64,000 nt of DNA from Parcubacteria group bacterium Greene0416_39 (GCA_007375675.1 VMEU01000003.1:8692-72691), one strand, 5' to 3'. Shown: positions 19,197-30,443, counted from the first letter of the stretch. Numbers and translations are program-made. The notes: generated by a model not told the origin, from the sequence alone.

Positions 19197-20750
19197 CTAA
19201 TGGATTTCTTCCTTTTTCTCCTTCCAGAAGTTTCTCAACTGCTCAATGAACTCCACAAACACCTGAAACGGAGCTTCAATAAGCACGTTGAGCATTACTA
19301 CGAGAACGTTGTAGCGAGCGAGCTTCCCTGAAAACCATTTTCCGGTTTGAACAATAGGAAGAGTAAAGAAATCAAAGAGTCCAGATAAGAATCCTTCTTT
19401 TTGTTCTAAAATCATGAGCTCTCTTGAACGCTGACGTATTTTTGTTCCCGCAAAGGCAACGAGAGAAAAGAAGAAAAGAAAAATGAGAATAGAGGGTAGG
19501 GTAAACTGGAGCTTGATAAGCCCCCAGGCAACAGCTCCAAATGAAACAAAGAATGTTGCCAGATACACGGTTTTTACAATAAAACTCACGAGGCCCTTCT
19601 TTTTTCTTTTGGGGAACGCAACTTCATGTCTATCTTTTCGTTCAGTTTCATAGGTAATCTTCATTATTTCTAAAAGAACTTTCTGAAGATTTTCTTCAGA
19701 AGAAGACGTCACGGTTAAAACCAAAAAGAGCAAAAACAGCGGGGGAATGGCAATGCTTAAAGCAGTTGCTTTTAGATTAAACTCATGGACTACATATTTG
19801 TCAAAAGGAACCTCCAGGGAAAGCGCAATCAAGACTTTTGAGAGGAATACCGAGACGGTACTGAAGAACGCGGCGCGGCCCATTCTTCCCTCAAGTTTTT
19901 TTAGGCGCGCATAGTATGCTTTCTTTAGGGTTTCCTCAAACTCTGCAGATACGAGAGCAAGACGAGAAAAGTCATTGGGATTTAAAGTCATGAGATCTCC
20001 AAGGAGCAAATAGGGAGTATCCAACCGTTCTATTACTTGATAAAACCTTTCTCCAACAGCATCGTGCAGGAGTTTTTCAATGCGTTTTCTTGCTTCAATG
20101 GGTTGCTCATGCCATTGAGGATAAAACTTTTCTAAAAGATGCAAAGAAATGGTTGCTTCGTCAAGCTTAAACAAAGCTCTTTGAACCGCGATTTCTATGT
20201 GAAGTTTTCGGTCTTCGTCTGAAAGTTCAGCTTCGTCTTTTTTTCTCAAGAATACCCGGGTCGCCATGTCTTGGCTCATGCACTCAATGAGGGCCCGTTC
20301 TCTTCTCGGATTGGAAAAAATTTCCTCAATTTTGCACGCTCCAATGGTAAGAATCCAGTCTTTTATGTCTTTTTGGTCTTTTGATTCAACGTGGTCGTGC
20401 AAAAAGACATATTTGTTCACAATAACCTGCACGGTCTCTACCATAGAAACAGGAACGCGCTTGTTGGGAAGATGGCCTCCCCGGATGAGTTCTTGTAAAA
20501 AGGCTTCGGCAAAATCTTTTTGGTCTCCTGCGAAGAGCACGCGACGCTTAAAGATTCTTTCAATCGCAGTTTTCCTTAAGAGATGCTCTTCTCTCCAATC
20601 AACAACCCCGCGAATCTTCTCGTAAAATGAAGCTACAGATGCCGCTACTTCATCAACGCTCAACACGGCTTCAGCTTCTTTTGGCTGGAGTTCTTGGTAC
20701 CACAACTGATATTGTTCAAGCAATTTTTTTGTTCCCTGTGACAATTCCAT
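19197..20750 (-). CDS. conserved hypothetical membrane protein
   Basis: 517-aa ORF, FYEKIR..VDWREEHLLR, several C-terminal TMs. Confidence 0.8.
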   Translation of the reverse strand: MELSQGTKKLLEQYQLWYQELQPKEAEAVLSVDEVAASVASFYEKIRGVVDWREEHLLRKTAIERIFKRRVLFAGDQKDFAEAFLQELIRGGHLPNKRVPVSMVETVQVIVNKYVFLHDHVESKDQKDIKDWILTIGACKIEEIFSNPRRERALIECMSQDMATRVFLRKKDEAELSDEDRKLHIEIAVQRALFKLDEATISLHLLEKFYPQWHEQPIEARKRIEKLLHDAVGERFYQVIERLDTPYLLLGDLMTLNPNDFSRLALVSAEFEETLKKAYYARLKKLEGRMGRAAFFSTVSVFLSKVLIALSLEVPFDKYVVHEFNLKATALSIAIPPLFLLFLVLTVTSSSEENLQKVLLEIMKITYETERKDRHEVAFPKRKKKGLVSFIVKTVYLATFFVSFGAVAWGLIKLQFTLPSILIFLFFFSLVAFAGTKIRQRSRELMILEQKEGFLSGLFDFFTLPIVQTGKWFSGKLARYNVLVVMLNVLIEAPFQVFVEFIEQLRNFWKEKKEEIH

Positions 20751-20754
20751 AAAA

Positions 20755-20833
20755 ATAATGCGAATTTACGAATAATATGCGAATGCCGCGAATATACTTA
20801 TTTGTACATTCGCAATCATTTGTTGATTTGCAT
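20755..20833. repeat. ~80-bp palindromic element, copy 2 (supplies the thrS 3' end)
   Basis: ATAATGCGAAT...ATTTGCATT. Confidence 0.85.
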
Positions 20834-22576
20834 TTTAATTTCGTCTTCGACCTTCTTCAAGAATTCAGCAATGTTCATTTGCCCGAGATCTCCTTTTCCC
20901 CGAGCCCTGACACTCACGGTGTTGCTTTGGGTTTCGCGTTCTCCAACAATAAGCAAATAAGGAATTTTTTGCAGCTCTCCTTCCCGGATTTTCTTCCCCA
21001 ATGTTTCGTTTTCTTCCCTAACCACAACTCGCAGCGCAGTCCCCACTAATGCTTGAGCGATTTCACGGGCATAGGCGGCAAACTTATCTGATAAAGGAAG
21101 AATCCAAATTTGCTCTGGGGCCAGCCACAGAGGAAAGGCGCCGGCATAGTGTTCAATCAAAATTCCAAGAAAACGCTCGGTAGAACCCAATATGGCTCGA
21201 TGCAATACGATGGGTTGTTGTTTTTCTCCCTTCTCATCAGTATATTCCAGTTTAAATCTTCCGGGAAGATTCATATCCAGCTGTATGGTAGAGAGCTGCC
21301 ATTCACGGCCTAAGGCGTCTTTTAAAAGAAAATCAAGTTTTGGGCCGTAAAACGCAGCCTCGCCCTCGCCAATTTGATGCTTCCATCCGCGCTTTTCGAT
21401 AAGGCGTGAAAGCGCTTTCTCAGATTCATTCCAAATCTTTTCATCTCCAATGTATTTTTTCTTGATTTTTGGGTCTCGCGTTGAAACCCTCACCCAGAAA
21501 TCCTTAAAACCAAACTTTGCGTATGTTTCTTGAATCATGTCCAGCATAAGATTTATCTCTTGAGCGATCTGGTCTTGGCGTAAGAACACGTGGCAGTCGT
21601 CTTGTGTGAGCGCGCGAACCCTTGTGAGCCCAAACAACTCTCCAGATTTTTCATAGCGGTAATTTGTCGTAGTAGAAGTCCAGCGCACTGGCAAATCCCG
21701 ATACGAATGCCCAATCGTTTTATATAGCACCATAAAATGAGGGCAGTTCATTGGTTTTAGATAATAATTTGTCTCGCTCTCCAACTTCATAGGAGGATAC
21801 AAAGCGTCGAATTTGTCTAGATGGCCAGATGTTTTATACAGTTCTCCTTTTGTAATATGCGGGATCCAAATGGGTTTGTACCCTTTCCGTTCTTGGAGCT
21901 CAACAATATAATCTTCTACTATTCGGCGCAGTATGGCGCCTTTTGGGTAGAACATGGGAAGTCCCGGACCCACATCTTCTGCAATTGCAAACAATTCGAG
22001 CTCCTTTCCGAGTTTTCGGTGATCGCGCTTCTCTGCTTCTTTGAGTATTGCAATATGGCTCTCTAATTCCTTCCTAGTTGAAAACGCCAGACCGTACACC
22101 CTTGTGAGCATAGGGTTTTTTTCACTTCCTCTCCAATAGGCACCCGCAACTCTCGTGAGTTTGAAAGCGTCCAAGGGCAGCTCTCTAGTGTTCTTCACGT
22201 GGCCGCCTCGGCACAAATCCAAAAACACCTTGCCCATTGCAACCATTCCAACTTTTTTAGTGCCTTCTTTCTTAAGATCTTTGACGAGTTCTCTTTTGTA
22301 AGGTTGGGGGTCTTTCTTGGTAAAGTAAGCTGTTGCTTTTAAGGGCGTCCAAAGCTCTTTCTGAAACACGTTGTTTTCTTGCCCGATCTTTCGCATTTCT
22401 TCTTCAATCTTTGGCAGATCTTCGTCGGTAAGTCTTATATTCCCGAAGTCATAGTAAAACCCGTTTTCAATAACAGGTCCAATGCCAAGCTTTGCCTTTG
22501 GGTAAAGCTTTTTGACTGCAGCAGCCAAAAGATGCGCAAACGAATGCCGTATATGTTCAATATTCGTTGGTTGCAT
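20816..22576 (-). CDS. thrS: threonyl-tRNA synthetase
   Basis: DLCRGGH, AYWRG, KPMNCP, AFYGPKLD. Confidence 0.97.
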   Translation of the reverse strand: MQPTNIEHIRHSFAHLLAAAVKKLYPKAKLGIGPVIENGFYYDFGNIRLTDEDLPKIEEEMRKIGQENNVFQKELWTPLKATAYFTKKDPQPYKRELVKDLKKEGTKKVGMVAMGKVFLDLCRGGHVKNTRELPLDAFKLTRVAGAYWRGSEKNPMLTRVYGLAFSTRKELESHIAILKEAEKRDHRKLGKELELFAIAEDVGPGLPMFYPKGAILRRIVEDYIVELQERKGYKPIWIPHITKGELYKTSGHLDKFDALYPPMKLESETNYYLKPMNCPHFMVLYKTIGHSYRDLPVRWTSTTTNYRYEKSGELFGLTRVRALTQDDCHVFLRQDQIAQEINLMLDMIQETYAKFGFKDFWVRVSTRDPKIKKKYIGDEKIWNESEKALSRLIEKRGWKHQIGEGEAAFYGPKLDFLLKDALGREWQLSTIQLDMNLPGRFKLEYTDEKGEKQQPIVLHRAILGSTERFLGILIEHYAGAFPLWLAPEQIWILPLSDKFAAYAREIAQALVGTALRVVVREENETLGKKIREGELQKIPYLLIVGERETQSNTVSVRARGKGDLGQMNIAEFLKKVEDEIKMQINK

Positions 22577-22584
22577 ACGTTTTC

Positions 22585-23229
22585 TTATCCTAGCACAATT
22601 TGAGGAAAGTGGAAACGGAGAAACTGTTCAATGGGAATTCGTACGGCAGGGTCGTCCCAGACATAGTCGTGCCCTTTCATGTGCCAAACGTCTAAAATGG
22701 AGCGGCCTTGGAACGTTCCTATGTTTGCTGCAACCACAAGGCAGGCCTTGAGCAGAACAATTAGGAATGCAAAAAAGGGGCCTGACGTAAAGGCATCATC
22801 TTTTCTTTGGAGCTGAAGAATGCGTTCCTGCGCAGGAGAATGAATAAAAAAAGGAGGTCCTATTTGAATAGAATACAGGCGCGACTCGTAAGGGAGCCTC
22901 TTCATTGTGGAAATATTGACAATTGCTCCAAGAGAGTAGCCAACAAGAACAATGCAACGCCCAGGAAACGCTTTAAGAGTTGTTTGTAGTTCTTGCGCAA
23001 GGTTTTGAGAAGCTTGCTTGTAGCCAAGAAGAAGATCCCAAGCGGCTTTGGCGTGCTTTCCAAACGTAAGAAAGCGCAGTCTGTCAAAAACTTGCACTCG
23101 GCACTTCCAACCTTGGGAAACGAGAACCCGGGAGATTCCTTCAAGAACGCCTCTTTCTTCGTGCGCTCGTTCTAACCCCCCGTCTCCCCATCCTCCCCGG
23201 TTTAAAATAATGAGAACTTCCTTTGCCAT
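22585..23229 (-). CDS. putative alpha/beta-hydrolase-fold protein
   Basis: GYSLG nucleophile-elbow motif, late GH. Confidence 0.55.
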   Translation of the reverse strand: MAKEVLIILNRGGWGDGGLERAHEERGVLEGISRVLVSQGWKCRVQVFDRLRFLTFGKHAKAAWDLLLGYKQASQNLAQELQTTLKAFPGRCIVLVGYSLGAIVNISTMKRLPYESRLYSIQIGPPFFIHSPAQERILQLQRKDDAFTSGPFFAFLIVLLKACLVVAANIGTFQGRSILDVWHMKGHDYVWDDPAVRIPIEQFLRFHFPQIVLG

Positions 23230-23235
23230 AGAAAT

Positions 23236-23316
23236 ATAATGCGAATTTACAAATAATATGCGAATGCCGCGAATACTCGTATTTGTACATTCGCAGTCAT
23301 TTGTGGATTTGCATTA
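23236..23316. repeat. ~80-bp palindromic element, copy 3
   Basis: ATAATGCGAAT...ATTTGCATTA; terminal TTA is the dnaE stop. Confidence 0.85.
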
Positions 23317-26300
23317 CTCTACGATTTCTTCAACTGCGTCTGCAATAAACTTACGTTCGCCGTTTCTGGTATCTACCCTTCCTTCCACAAACACAATCTT
23401 GTTTTCTTGGAACGCCCCGGGATTCTTTTCCATAACCGTGGGAAACGCAACCACCTCAATATTGTCGGTTAAATCCTCAAGGCGAATAAACAGCATAGGT
23501 TTTCCAACTCTCGTGAGGATCTTTTTCATAGAAGAAATAATGCCTCCAATTCTCATCCGTTTTTGCAGTCCAGGAGATTCGGGAGATGCGTTCAACACCT
23601 TCGTGATGGAAATGGTTTTTTGCTCAAGAAAGTTTTTCATGTGCGCCAAAGGATGAGAACTCACGTAGAGGCCCAAGAGTTCTTTTTCCCAAAGAAGAAG
23701 CTCTTTTTCTTTTGCAGGCGGCGCAGGTTCAAGTTTTATTCCGTTGTTTAAACCTTCTTGAGAACCAAAAAGGGATTTTTGCGAACCGGCGTTGATTTTG
23801 TTGTTTTCCCTCGCAATTTCTAAAAGCTTTTCCATATTTTTCAAAAACTGATTCCTCTCTCCAAATCGGTCGAACACGCCTGCCTTAACCAAACTTTCAA
23901 ATGATTTTTTGTTCAAGTCTTTTGAATGAACGCGTGATACAACGTCTGAAATGGAAGTGTATGGCCCTTGCTCTTTGCGTTCCTTAATAAGAACCTCTAC
24001 GATTCCTTCTCCCACATTTTTTATTGCAAGCAATCCAAAGCGTATCTTTGAGTCCTTGAGCACTACAGAAAAGTAGCTGAAACTTTCGTTAATGTCCGGG
24101 GGCAAGACCTCAATGCCCATTTTTCTTGTTTCATCAATGAGAAAGGCAATGCGTTCAATATCATTTCTCTCTGAAGTCAGCAGAGCTGACATAAACTCGA
24201 GCGGGTAGTACGTTTTGAGCCACGCAGTCTGGTAGGTGATCATGGCGTATGAGGCGCTATGGCTTTTATTAAACCCATAGTGCGCAAATGGAAGAATCCA
24301 TTCCCAGAGTTTTTCTGCAATGTTCTTGGCAATCTGATTTTTTACGGCTCCTTGGATGAACTTTTCTTTTTGCTCCAAAAGCAGTTTTTCAATTTTCTTT
24401 CCCACGGCCTTTCTTAAGACGTCTGCTTCACCCATGGTAAACCCGGCAATATCTCTTGCTATTTGCATGAGTTCTTCTTGGTAAATGCAGATCCCCTGGG
24501 TTTTTTCTAAGATCGGCTTGAGTTTTGGGTGGAGATATTCAACTTTTTTCTTTCCGTGTTTACGCGCAATGTACTCAGGAATAAGCTCCATGGGGCCTGG
24601 ACGATACAAGGCAATCATTGCCACAATGTCTTCAAACTCGGTAGGTTTTAACTCTTTTAAATAGCGGCGCATACCCTCTGATTCAACCTGGAATACGCCT
24701 ACCGTATTTGCGACGCGAAACAGCTCGTAGACCTTGTCGTCATCAAACGGGATAGAATCTAAATTTATATTCTTTCCGTGAATTGCGTAGATTCTTTTTA
24801 GGGTGTCTTCAATAATGGTAAGGTTTTTTAAACCCAAAAAATCCATTTTCAAAAGGCCCAGGTCCTCAATAGAGTGCATCTCATACTGCGTTACAATGTG
24901 TTCTTCTCCCTGGGTTGGATGCTGTACGGGAACAAGGTTTTCAAGGGGCTCGGGAGCTATCACCACTCCACATGCATGGGTTGAGGCATGGCGCACAACT
25001 CCTTCAAGTTTTTTGGCGAGATCAATAAGGCGTTTGGCGCGTTCGTCAGAGTTATACAATTCTTTGAACTCTTCAACTACTGTAAGGCTTTCTTCAAGAG
25101 TCATGCCAAAAGGAATCATTTTTGCAAGCCGGTCGCAATAGAGGTACTCGTATGCTAAGGCTCGCCCTACGTCACGCACCACGGCACGCGAGGCCATGGT
25201 TCCAAACGTGATTATTTGAGCTACTTTGTCATGCCCGTATTTTTCTCCCACGTATGTGATCACCTCGTCTCTCCGGTAATCAGCAAAGTCAAGATCAATA
25301 TCTGGAAGCGAAATGCGTTCAGGATTCAAGAATCTTTCAAACAAAAGATTGTACTTCAAAGGATTAATGTTTGTAATTCCCAATAGGTACGCGGCGAGCG
25401 AACCTCCTACAGAACCACGCCCTGGCCCCACAACAATACGGTGTTCTTTTGCCCAGTTCACAAAGTCTTGCACAATGAGAAAGTAAGCGGCAAAGCCTGT
25501 TTTTTGAATCACGTCAAGCTCATATTCCAGCCGTTCCTTTGCTTCTTTAGAATCTTTAAGCTCCAAGCGCTTTTCAAGGCCCAGGAGGCAAAGTTCTCTC
25601 AAATACTCTTCAGCGGTTTTCCCTGGAGGCAGGGGATACACAGGTAATTTATTCACGCCCAAGGCAATGGTGAAATTGCACATCTCACTAATTTTTTGAG
25701 TGTTCTCAAGAGCTTCTGGAACATCCTGGAAAAGTTTCTCCATATCCGCGGGGCTTTTTAAAGAAAAATCGTCTGATTTGAGGGTAATCCTTTCGGGGTC
25801 ATCTGGCCTTGCTCCTGTGTTGATGAGCATTAAAATGTCTTGGGCGTCTGCGTCTTCAGGCCGCAGGTAGTGGGAATCTGCTGTGGCAACAAGCGGGATG
25901 CCGGTTTTTTTTGCCAGAGCAATGAGTCCTTCATTCACAACTTTTTGCTCCCTAATATTCGGGTGATCCTGCAGTTCAAGATAAAAATTATCTTTCCCAA
26001 AGATTTCTTGGTAACGCAGCGCGGCATTTTCTGCCTCTTGCAACTTTTTCGCAAGAATCAATCTTGGAATTTTGCCTGTAAGGCATGAAGAAAGCGCAAT
26101 AAGGCCTGATGAATATTCTTGAAGCCACGTCTCGTCAATGCGAGGTTTGTAGTAAAATCCTTCAAGGTATGCCTTGGTGAGGAGTTTTACTAAGTTGCGA
26201 TACCCCTGCTCGTTCTTTACCAAAAGAATGAGGTGATGAGATGTGTCATCAATACCAGGGCGTTTTTGGGAAGCCGCATCTAAAGCAATATACATTTCAC

Positions 26301-26499
26301 CTCCCAGAATGGGCTTGATGCCCCGTTCTTTTGCTGCCTTGTAAAACTCAATTGCGCCGTACATGTTGCCGTGGTCTGTTAAAGCAACAGAATCCATTCC
26401 GAGTTCTTTCACCCTATCCAAAAGCAGGTCTATTTTGGGAAGACCGTCGAGCAAAGAGTAGTGAGAGTGAACGTGGAGATGAGTAAACTTTTGAGACAT
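23314..26499 (-). CDS. dnaE: DNA polymerase III alpha subunit
   Basis: HLHVHSHYSLLDG PHP, GPGRGS, PDIDLDF, GFNKSH. Confidence 0.97.
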   Translation of the reverse strand: MSQKFTHLHVHSHYSLLDGLPKIDLLLDRVKELGMDSVALTDHGNMYGAIEFYKAAKERGIKPILGGEMYIALDAASQKRPGIDDTSHHLILLVKNEQGYRNLVKLLTKAYLEGFYYKPRIDETWLQEYSSGLIALSSCLTGKIPRLILAKKLQEAENAALRYQEIFGKDNFYLELQDHPNIREQKVVNEGLIALAKKTGIPLVATADSHYLRPEDADAQDILMLINTGARPDDPERITLKSDDFSLKSPADMEKLFQDVPEALENTQKISEMCNFTIALGVNKLPVYPLPPGKTAEEYLRELCLLGLEKRLELKDSKEAKERLEYELDVIQKTGFAAYFLIVQDFVNWAKEHRIVVGPGRGSVGGSLAAYLLGITNINPLKYNLLFERFLNPERISLPDIDLDFADYRRDEVITYVGEKYGHDKVAQIITFGTMASRAVVRDVGRALAYEYLYCDRLAKMIPFGMTLEESLTVVEEFKELYNSDERAKRLIDLAKKLEGVVRHASTHACGVVIAPEPLENLVPVQHPTQGEEHIVTQYEMHSIEDLGLLKMDFLGLKNLTIIEDTLKRIYAIHGKNINLDSIPFDDDKVYELFRVANTVGVFQVESEGMRRYLKELKPTEFEDIVAMIALYRPGPMELIPEYIARKHGKKKVEYLHPKLKPILEKTQGICIYQEELMQIARDIAGFTMGEADVLRKAVGKKIEKLLLEQKEKFIQGAVKNQIAKNIAEKLWEWILPFAHYGFNKSHSASYAMITYQTAWLKTYYPLEFMSALLTSERNDIERIAFLIDETRKMGIEVLPPDINESFSYFSVVLKDSKIRFGLLAIKNVGEGIVEVLIKERKEQGPYTSISDVVSRVHSKDLNKKSFESLVKAGVFDRFGERNQFLKNMEKLLEIARENNKINAGSQKSLFGSQEGLNNGIKLEPAPPAKEKELLLWEKELLGLYVSSHPLAHMKNFLEQKTISITKVLNASPESPGLQKRMRIGGIISSMKKILTRVGKPMLFIRLEDLTDNIEVVAFPTVMEKNPGAFQENKIVFVEGRVDTRNGERKFIADAVEEIVE

Positions 26500-26684
26500 T
26501 AGAATATTATAGAAGATTTTTACATACAAGAGAATACCTCAAGGAGCTGTGCACATCGGATGCGCACAAGATCACAACTATTAACCGAAAGAAATCTATG
26601 TTATCATATCTTTACTCCTCAATATCGCGAGAAACTTGCGTGCAGAGCTATATGCTCGAAGGTGAAGGAGAAAGGAAGGAAAAG

Positions 26685-27008
26685 ATGGGGTCCTATAATC
26701 TTCACATAGAAGGATCTCCGAATAAAAGGCTGGTAATACTGACGCCAGCGGGCGAAAATGAGCAGTGGTATTCCTCTGCCAGACACGAGAAGGTCCTGAG
26801 GCTTAGGCGGATCGCAACCCAGACTGATGCTGAAGCCAAGGTCACGGCGATACATGTAGGAGAGCATCCGAGGGTAGAGATACTCTTCTCAAGAGAGGAG
26901 GCGATAGGAGACTTCTTCGTGACCCTTGTGCGCTCGGAGGACTCGGAGGAAGTCCAGGAAGATGCCCCAATCCAGGATTCTGTTTTGGTTAGACTTCCAG
27001 TCCACTAG
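26685..27008 (+). CDS. hypothetical protein (single-gene cassette)
   Basis: AAGGAAGGA before ATG; terminator-like hairpin 27054-27110. Confidence 0.55.
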   Translation: MGSYNLHIEGSPNKRLVILTPAGENEQWYSSARHEKVLRLRRIATQTDAEAKVTAIHVGEHPRVEILFSREEAIGDFFVTLVRSEDSEEVQEDAPIQDSVLVRLPVH

Positions 27009-27123
27009 CATCCTCCTGCTGAAGCGTAAAATCACGCTGAAGAGGACGTTCCAAAAACCCTGGTTTTCACTACGAAAGCGGTGAGCCAGGGTTTTAAATT
27101 TTTCTTTTTGGTATAATATGTAA

Positions 27124-27744
27124 ATGAAATATCCAACCCTGAACGAAGAAAAGAAACTTTGGAAAAGGGGATATAAGGTTGTTGCGTGCATTGACGAGGT
27201 AGGCAGGGGGCCGTTGGCAGGACCAGTGGTCGCGTGCGCAGTATGTGTAGACCCCCAAATACTAAATACTAAATACAAGATACAAAAACTTCGTGATTCC
27301 AAACAACTCTCTGCAAAACAGCGAGAATATTGGTATAACATCTTCTCTTTCCATCCAACTGTCCAGTGGGGGATTGGGAGCGTGTCTCCTCAAGTGATTG
27401 ATCAGATCAATATCTACCAAGCAACAAAGCTTGCAATGAAAAGAGCACTTATGAATTTGCACCACAAAATTGATTTTGTAATGCTCGACGGGAATATGAG
27501 TATTGACGTGCCCATACCTCAAGAATCTATTATAAAAGGAGATGAAAAAGTATTTTCCTGCGCCATTGCTTCTATTATTGCGAAGGTGAGAAGAGACAGG
27601 ATGATGGTAAAGTATCACAGAAAATACCCGCACTTTCGCTTTGACAAACACAAGGGTTATGGAACCCGACTTCATTTCCAAGAACTCCAAGAACACGGCC
27701 CATGCAAAATCCATAGGAAAAGCTTCGCGCCTTGCAATCTGTAA
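27124..27744 (+). CDS. rnhB: ribonuclease HII
   Basis: IDEVGRGPLAGPV, DSK, ASIIAKV, HKGYGT. Confidence 0.96.
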   Translation: MKYPTLNEEKKLWKRGYKVVACIDEVGRGPLAGPVVACAVCVDPQILNTKYKIQKLRDSKQLSAKQREYWYNIFSFHPTVQWGIGSVSPQVIDQINIYQATKLAMKRALMNLHHKIDFVMLDGNMSIDVPIPQESIIKGDEKVFSCAIASIIAKVRRDRMMVKYHRKYPHFRFDKHKGYGTRLHFQELQEHGPCKIHRKSFAPCNL

Positions 27745-27768
27745 TATTCCTTGCTATACTTTTGAATC

Positions 27769-27990
27769 ATGGCAGTTCCAAAGCAACATCGATCAAGCTC
27801 TAGGCGAGACCAGAGGAGAATGCACCTCTTTTTAAAGAGCCCCGGGTTGGTTTTGTGCAAAAAGTGTACAAAAAAGATTCTTCCTCATACCGTATGCCCT
27901 TATTGCGGCATGTACCGGGGACGACAGGTTGTAGATGTGCTTGGCCAGCTTGCCAAGAAAGAGAAGAAAGCAAAAGAAAAAGTAAAATAA
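27769..27990 (+). CDS. rpmF: 50S ribosomal protein L32
   Basis: MAVPK, CxxC..PH.VCPYCG.Y.G. Confidence 0.95.
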   Translation: MAVPKQHRSSSRRDQRRMHLFLKSPGLVLCKKCTKKILPHTVCPYCGMYRGRQVVDVLGQLAKKEKKAKEKVK

Positions 27991-28070
27991 TAATGCAAAT
28001 CTGCAAATGACGGCGAATGTACAAATACGAGTATTCGCGGCATTCGCATATTATTCGTAGATTCGCATTA
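27991..28070. repeat. ~80-bp palindromic element, copy 4
   Basis: TAATGCAAAT...ATTCGCATTA. Confidence 0.85.
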
Positions 28071-28077
28071 TACATAT

Positions 28078-28518
28078 ATGGCTTCACGACACCTCGCACG
28101 ATCTATTTGTATGCAATCCTTGTACGAATGGGATTTTTTTGGGAAAAAGCAAGGCGGATTAGACTCTATTATAGAAAGAAACATCAAAGAGTTTGGCCCA
28201 GGGCTGGACGAATCAAATCAGCAGTTTGTGCGCAATCTTGCAGAAGGCGTGTTAGAACACCTCCCCCAGCTTAATGCCATTATTGAAAAAGCTGCTCCCG
28301 AATGGCCTCTTAACCAAATTACCATTGTAGACAGAAACGTTCTCCGCCTGGGGCTATACGAGCTTCTCTTTGGAGATAAAGAGGCGGTTCCTCCTAAGGT
28401 TGCCATCAACGAGGCCATTGAACTCGGCAAAAACTTTAGCGGTGAGAGTTCGGGCAAGTTTGTGAACGGAGTGTTGGGCACGGTATTCCGGGAAACGCAA
28501 GAACAAACAAATCTATGA
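28078..28518 (+). CDS. nusB: transcription antitermination factor NusB
   Basis: [26 protein letters not shown]. Confidence 0.96.
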   Translation: MASRHLARSICMQSLYEWDFFGKKQGGLDSIIERNIKEFGPGLDESNQQFVRNLAEGVLEHLPQLNAIIEKAAPEWPLNQITIVDRNVLRLGLYELLFGDKEAVPPKVAINEAIELGKNFSGESSGKFVNGVLGTVFRETQEQTNL

Positions 28519-29210
28519 AGGATCTTTCATTATTAGAAAAAAAACTAAAGGTAGAGTTTTCAGATAAGTCGCTTTTGAGAAATGCGTTCACACACCGATC
28601 GTACCTAAACGAAAACAAAGATTTTGATGGGAAGCACAACGAACGCCTGGAATTCCTTGGAGACGCAGTGCTGGAGCTTGTGGTGACAGAGTACCTGTAT
28701 AAGAACTACCCCGATAAACCAGAGGGTGAGTTAACCACCTGGCGGGCAGCGCTTGTTAATGCAAAAATATTGTCTGCAACCGCAAAAGAGCTTGAATTCA
28801 ACGACTATCTGTTGCTCTCAAAGGGCGAGGAAAAAGAAACTGGCAAGGCAAGAGACTATATTTTGGCAAACTCGTTTGAATCCTTTCTGGGCGCCCTGTA
28901 TCTTGACCAAGGCTTTAAAGTATGCGAAAAGTTTATAGCGAGGCACCTTTCCCCCAAGCTCCCCCATATTCTTGAAACAAAGGGGTTTGAAGACGCAAAG
29001 TCCCGCTTCCAGGAAATGGCCCAGGAAAAGGAAAGCACTACCCCAAACTACAAAACCTTGGAAGAGTGGGGGCCAGACCATGCAAAGCATTTTAAGATAG
29101 GCGCGTTTCTCAATACAGAATTAGTGGCAGAAGGGGAGGGATCTTCAAAACAGGAAGCAGAGGAAGACGCGGCAAGTAATGCCTTGAGAGTAAAGAAGTG
29201 GGCATTTTAG
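28515..29210 (+). CDS. rnc: ribonuclease III
   Basis: [12 protein letters not shown], dsRBD. Confidence 0.97.
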   Translation: MKDLSLLEKKLKVEFSDKSLLRNAFTHRSYLNENKDFDGKHNERLEFLGDAVLELVVTEYLYKNYPDKPEGELTTWRAALVNAKILSATAKELEFNDYLLLSKGEEKETGKARDYILANSFESFLGALYLDQGFKVCEKFIARHLSPKLPHILETKGFEDAKSRFQEMAQEKESTTPNYKTLEEWGPDHAKHFKIGAFLNTELVAEGEGSSKQEAEEDAASNALRVKKWAF

Positions 29211-29238
29211 CGAACCCTTACAATATAATTATACGAAT

Positions 29239-29601
29239 ATGCTAGTCATACGCTTACATCGCACGGGAAGGAAGAATTATCCTTCATATAAAATCGTTGT
29301 GACGGAAAAACAAAAATCCTCAACCAGAGGCCGTTTTGTGGAGCAAGTTGGATTTTACAATCCCGCAAACAAAGAAAAAATACTGAAAGGGGACAGGATA
29401 AAATACTGGATTTCAGTGGGAGCCCAGCCCTCCGCAACCATTCACAACCTATTAATACAGGAGAAAGTGATTGAGGGCAAAAAAATCCCCAAGCACAAAA
29501 AATCCAAGAAACCCGCCCCCACTCCTGTTGCGTCTCCTTCCTCACAAACACCTCCTGCCGTTCCCACTCCTCCCACGCCACCCCCTACGGTGGCTGCTTG
29601 A
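29239..29601 (+). CDS. rpsP: 30S ribosomal protein S16
   Basis: IRL.R.G, G.YNP, W...GAQPS; Pro-rich tail. Confidence 0.95.
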   Translation: MLVIRLHRTGRKNYPSYKIVVTEKQKSSTRGRFVEQVGFYNPANKEKILKGDRIKYWISVGAQPSATIHNLLIQEKVIEGKKIPKHKKSKKPAPTPVASPSSQTPPAVPTPPTPPPTVAA

Positions 29602-29626
29602 CAATTCCCAAAGTCCATGCTATACT
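29598..29626 (+). promoter_or_regulatory. sigma70-type promoter leading into the island
   Basis: TTGACA (overlaps rpsP stop)-17-TATACT. Confidence 0.7.
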
Positions 29627-29673
29627 GTTGGTATAGCTGAATTTAAGGTTTTTAGAGGGAAGAAGAATAAACC

Positions 29674-29955
29674 ATGGATGATTACAATACCATGGAGGGA
29701 CTGATCACCAAACTGACTGGCTCTTGGATGACTGGCTCGGAACAGGGGACAGTCTCTCCGGTGGCGTTCATGGAAGCGCTAGAAATCCTCGGGAGGTTGC
29801 AGACCTCAGTAAGGAGTCGGCACTCCGAGTTGGAGGAATTCGTTGCTGCTCCAACGCCGGATAAAGCCACCGTCCTTCTTGCGTCAATAGAAGAGGCTCG
29901 GAAAGAAGGACGGACTCGTATGGCCCGGCTGGAGGAACTGGGACCTCCGATCTAG
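29674..29955 (+). CDS. hypothetical protein
   Basis: 93-aa ORF right after promoter, purine-rich SD region. Confidence 0.55.
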   Translation: MDDYNTMEGLITKLTGSWMTGSEQGTVSPVAFMEALEILGRLQTSVRSRHSELEEFVAAPTPDKATVLLASIEEARKEGRTRMARLEELGPPI

Positions 29956-30146
29956 CAAACAGGGCGAGGGAAGAGAGTCTAAACAAAAAAAGACTCGCTA
30001 GTACCTCGCCTACACACTTGAGTCTCGAACAGAAGTTGGAGCTTCAAGTGTGTGGAAAGTTCTTTGAGAATATTGTGTAATGAGTGACCTGCTGTTCGTG
30101 AACCATTCGTGACCAGCAGGGCGCTCATTCAAATATAAAGGGGGTC

Positions 30147-30383
30147 ATGACAGTGGCACAACAAAAGAAGCGGTCACTAAGGGAACTCAGGGAACGGGCA
30201 AAGCCTGCGATCAAGGAGAAAAAACTGGTGATGATTGCGCAATACTCTACTCCAAGCGCAGCATACGATCTTACCATCCTCAACAACGCCAATGAGGAGT
30301 TGGCACAGGCCTGTCGATGGCTCGCCATGATCCGGCGAGACTACGGCGCAGAGGCGTTTAAGGAGGCTACCCAAGCAGAGTAA
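30147..30383 (+). CDS. hypothetical protein
   Basis: AAGGGGG SD, 78 aa. Confidence 0.6.
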   Translation: MTVAQQKKRSLRELRERAKPAIKEKKLVMIAQYSTPSAAYDLTILNNANEELAQACRWLAMIRRDYGAEAFKEATQAE

Positions 30384-30443
30384 CCTGGATCCTATAGCAC
30401 GCCACGGCACAAAACTTAGTGCCACGGCACGTAAAGGAGCTCC

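Noticed and set aside
29510..29595. Pro-rich tail of S16 as an inserted repeat element
   Set aside because: A low-complexity C-terminal extension with no palindrome or copy elsewhere; such tails are common in S16
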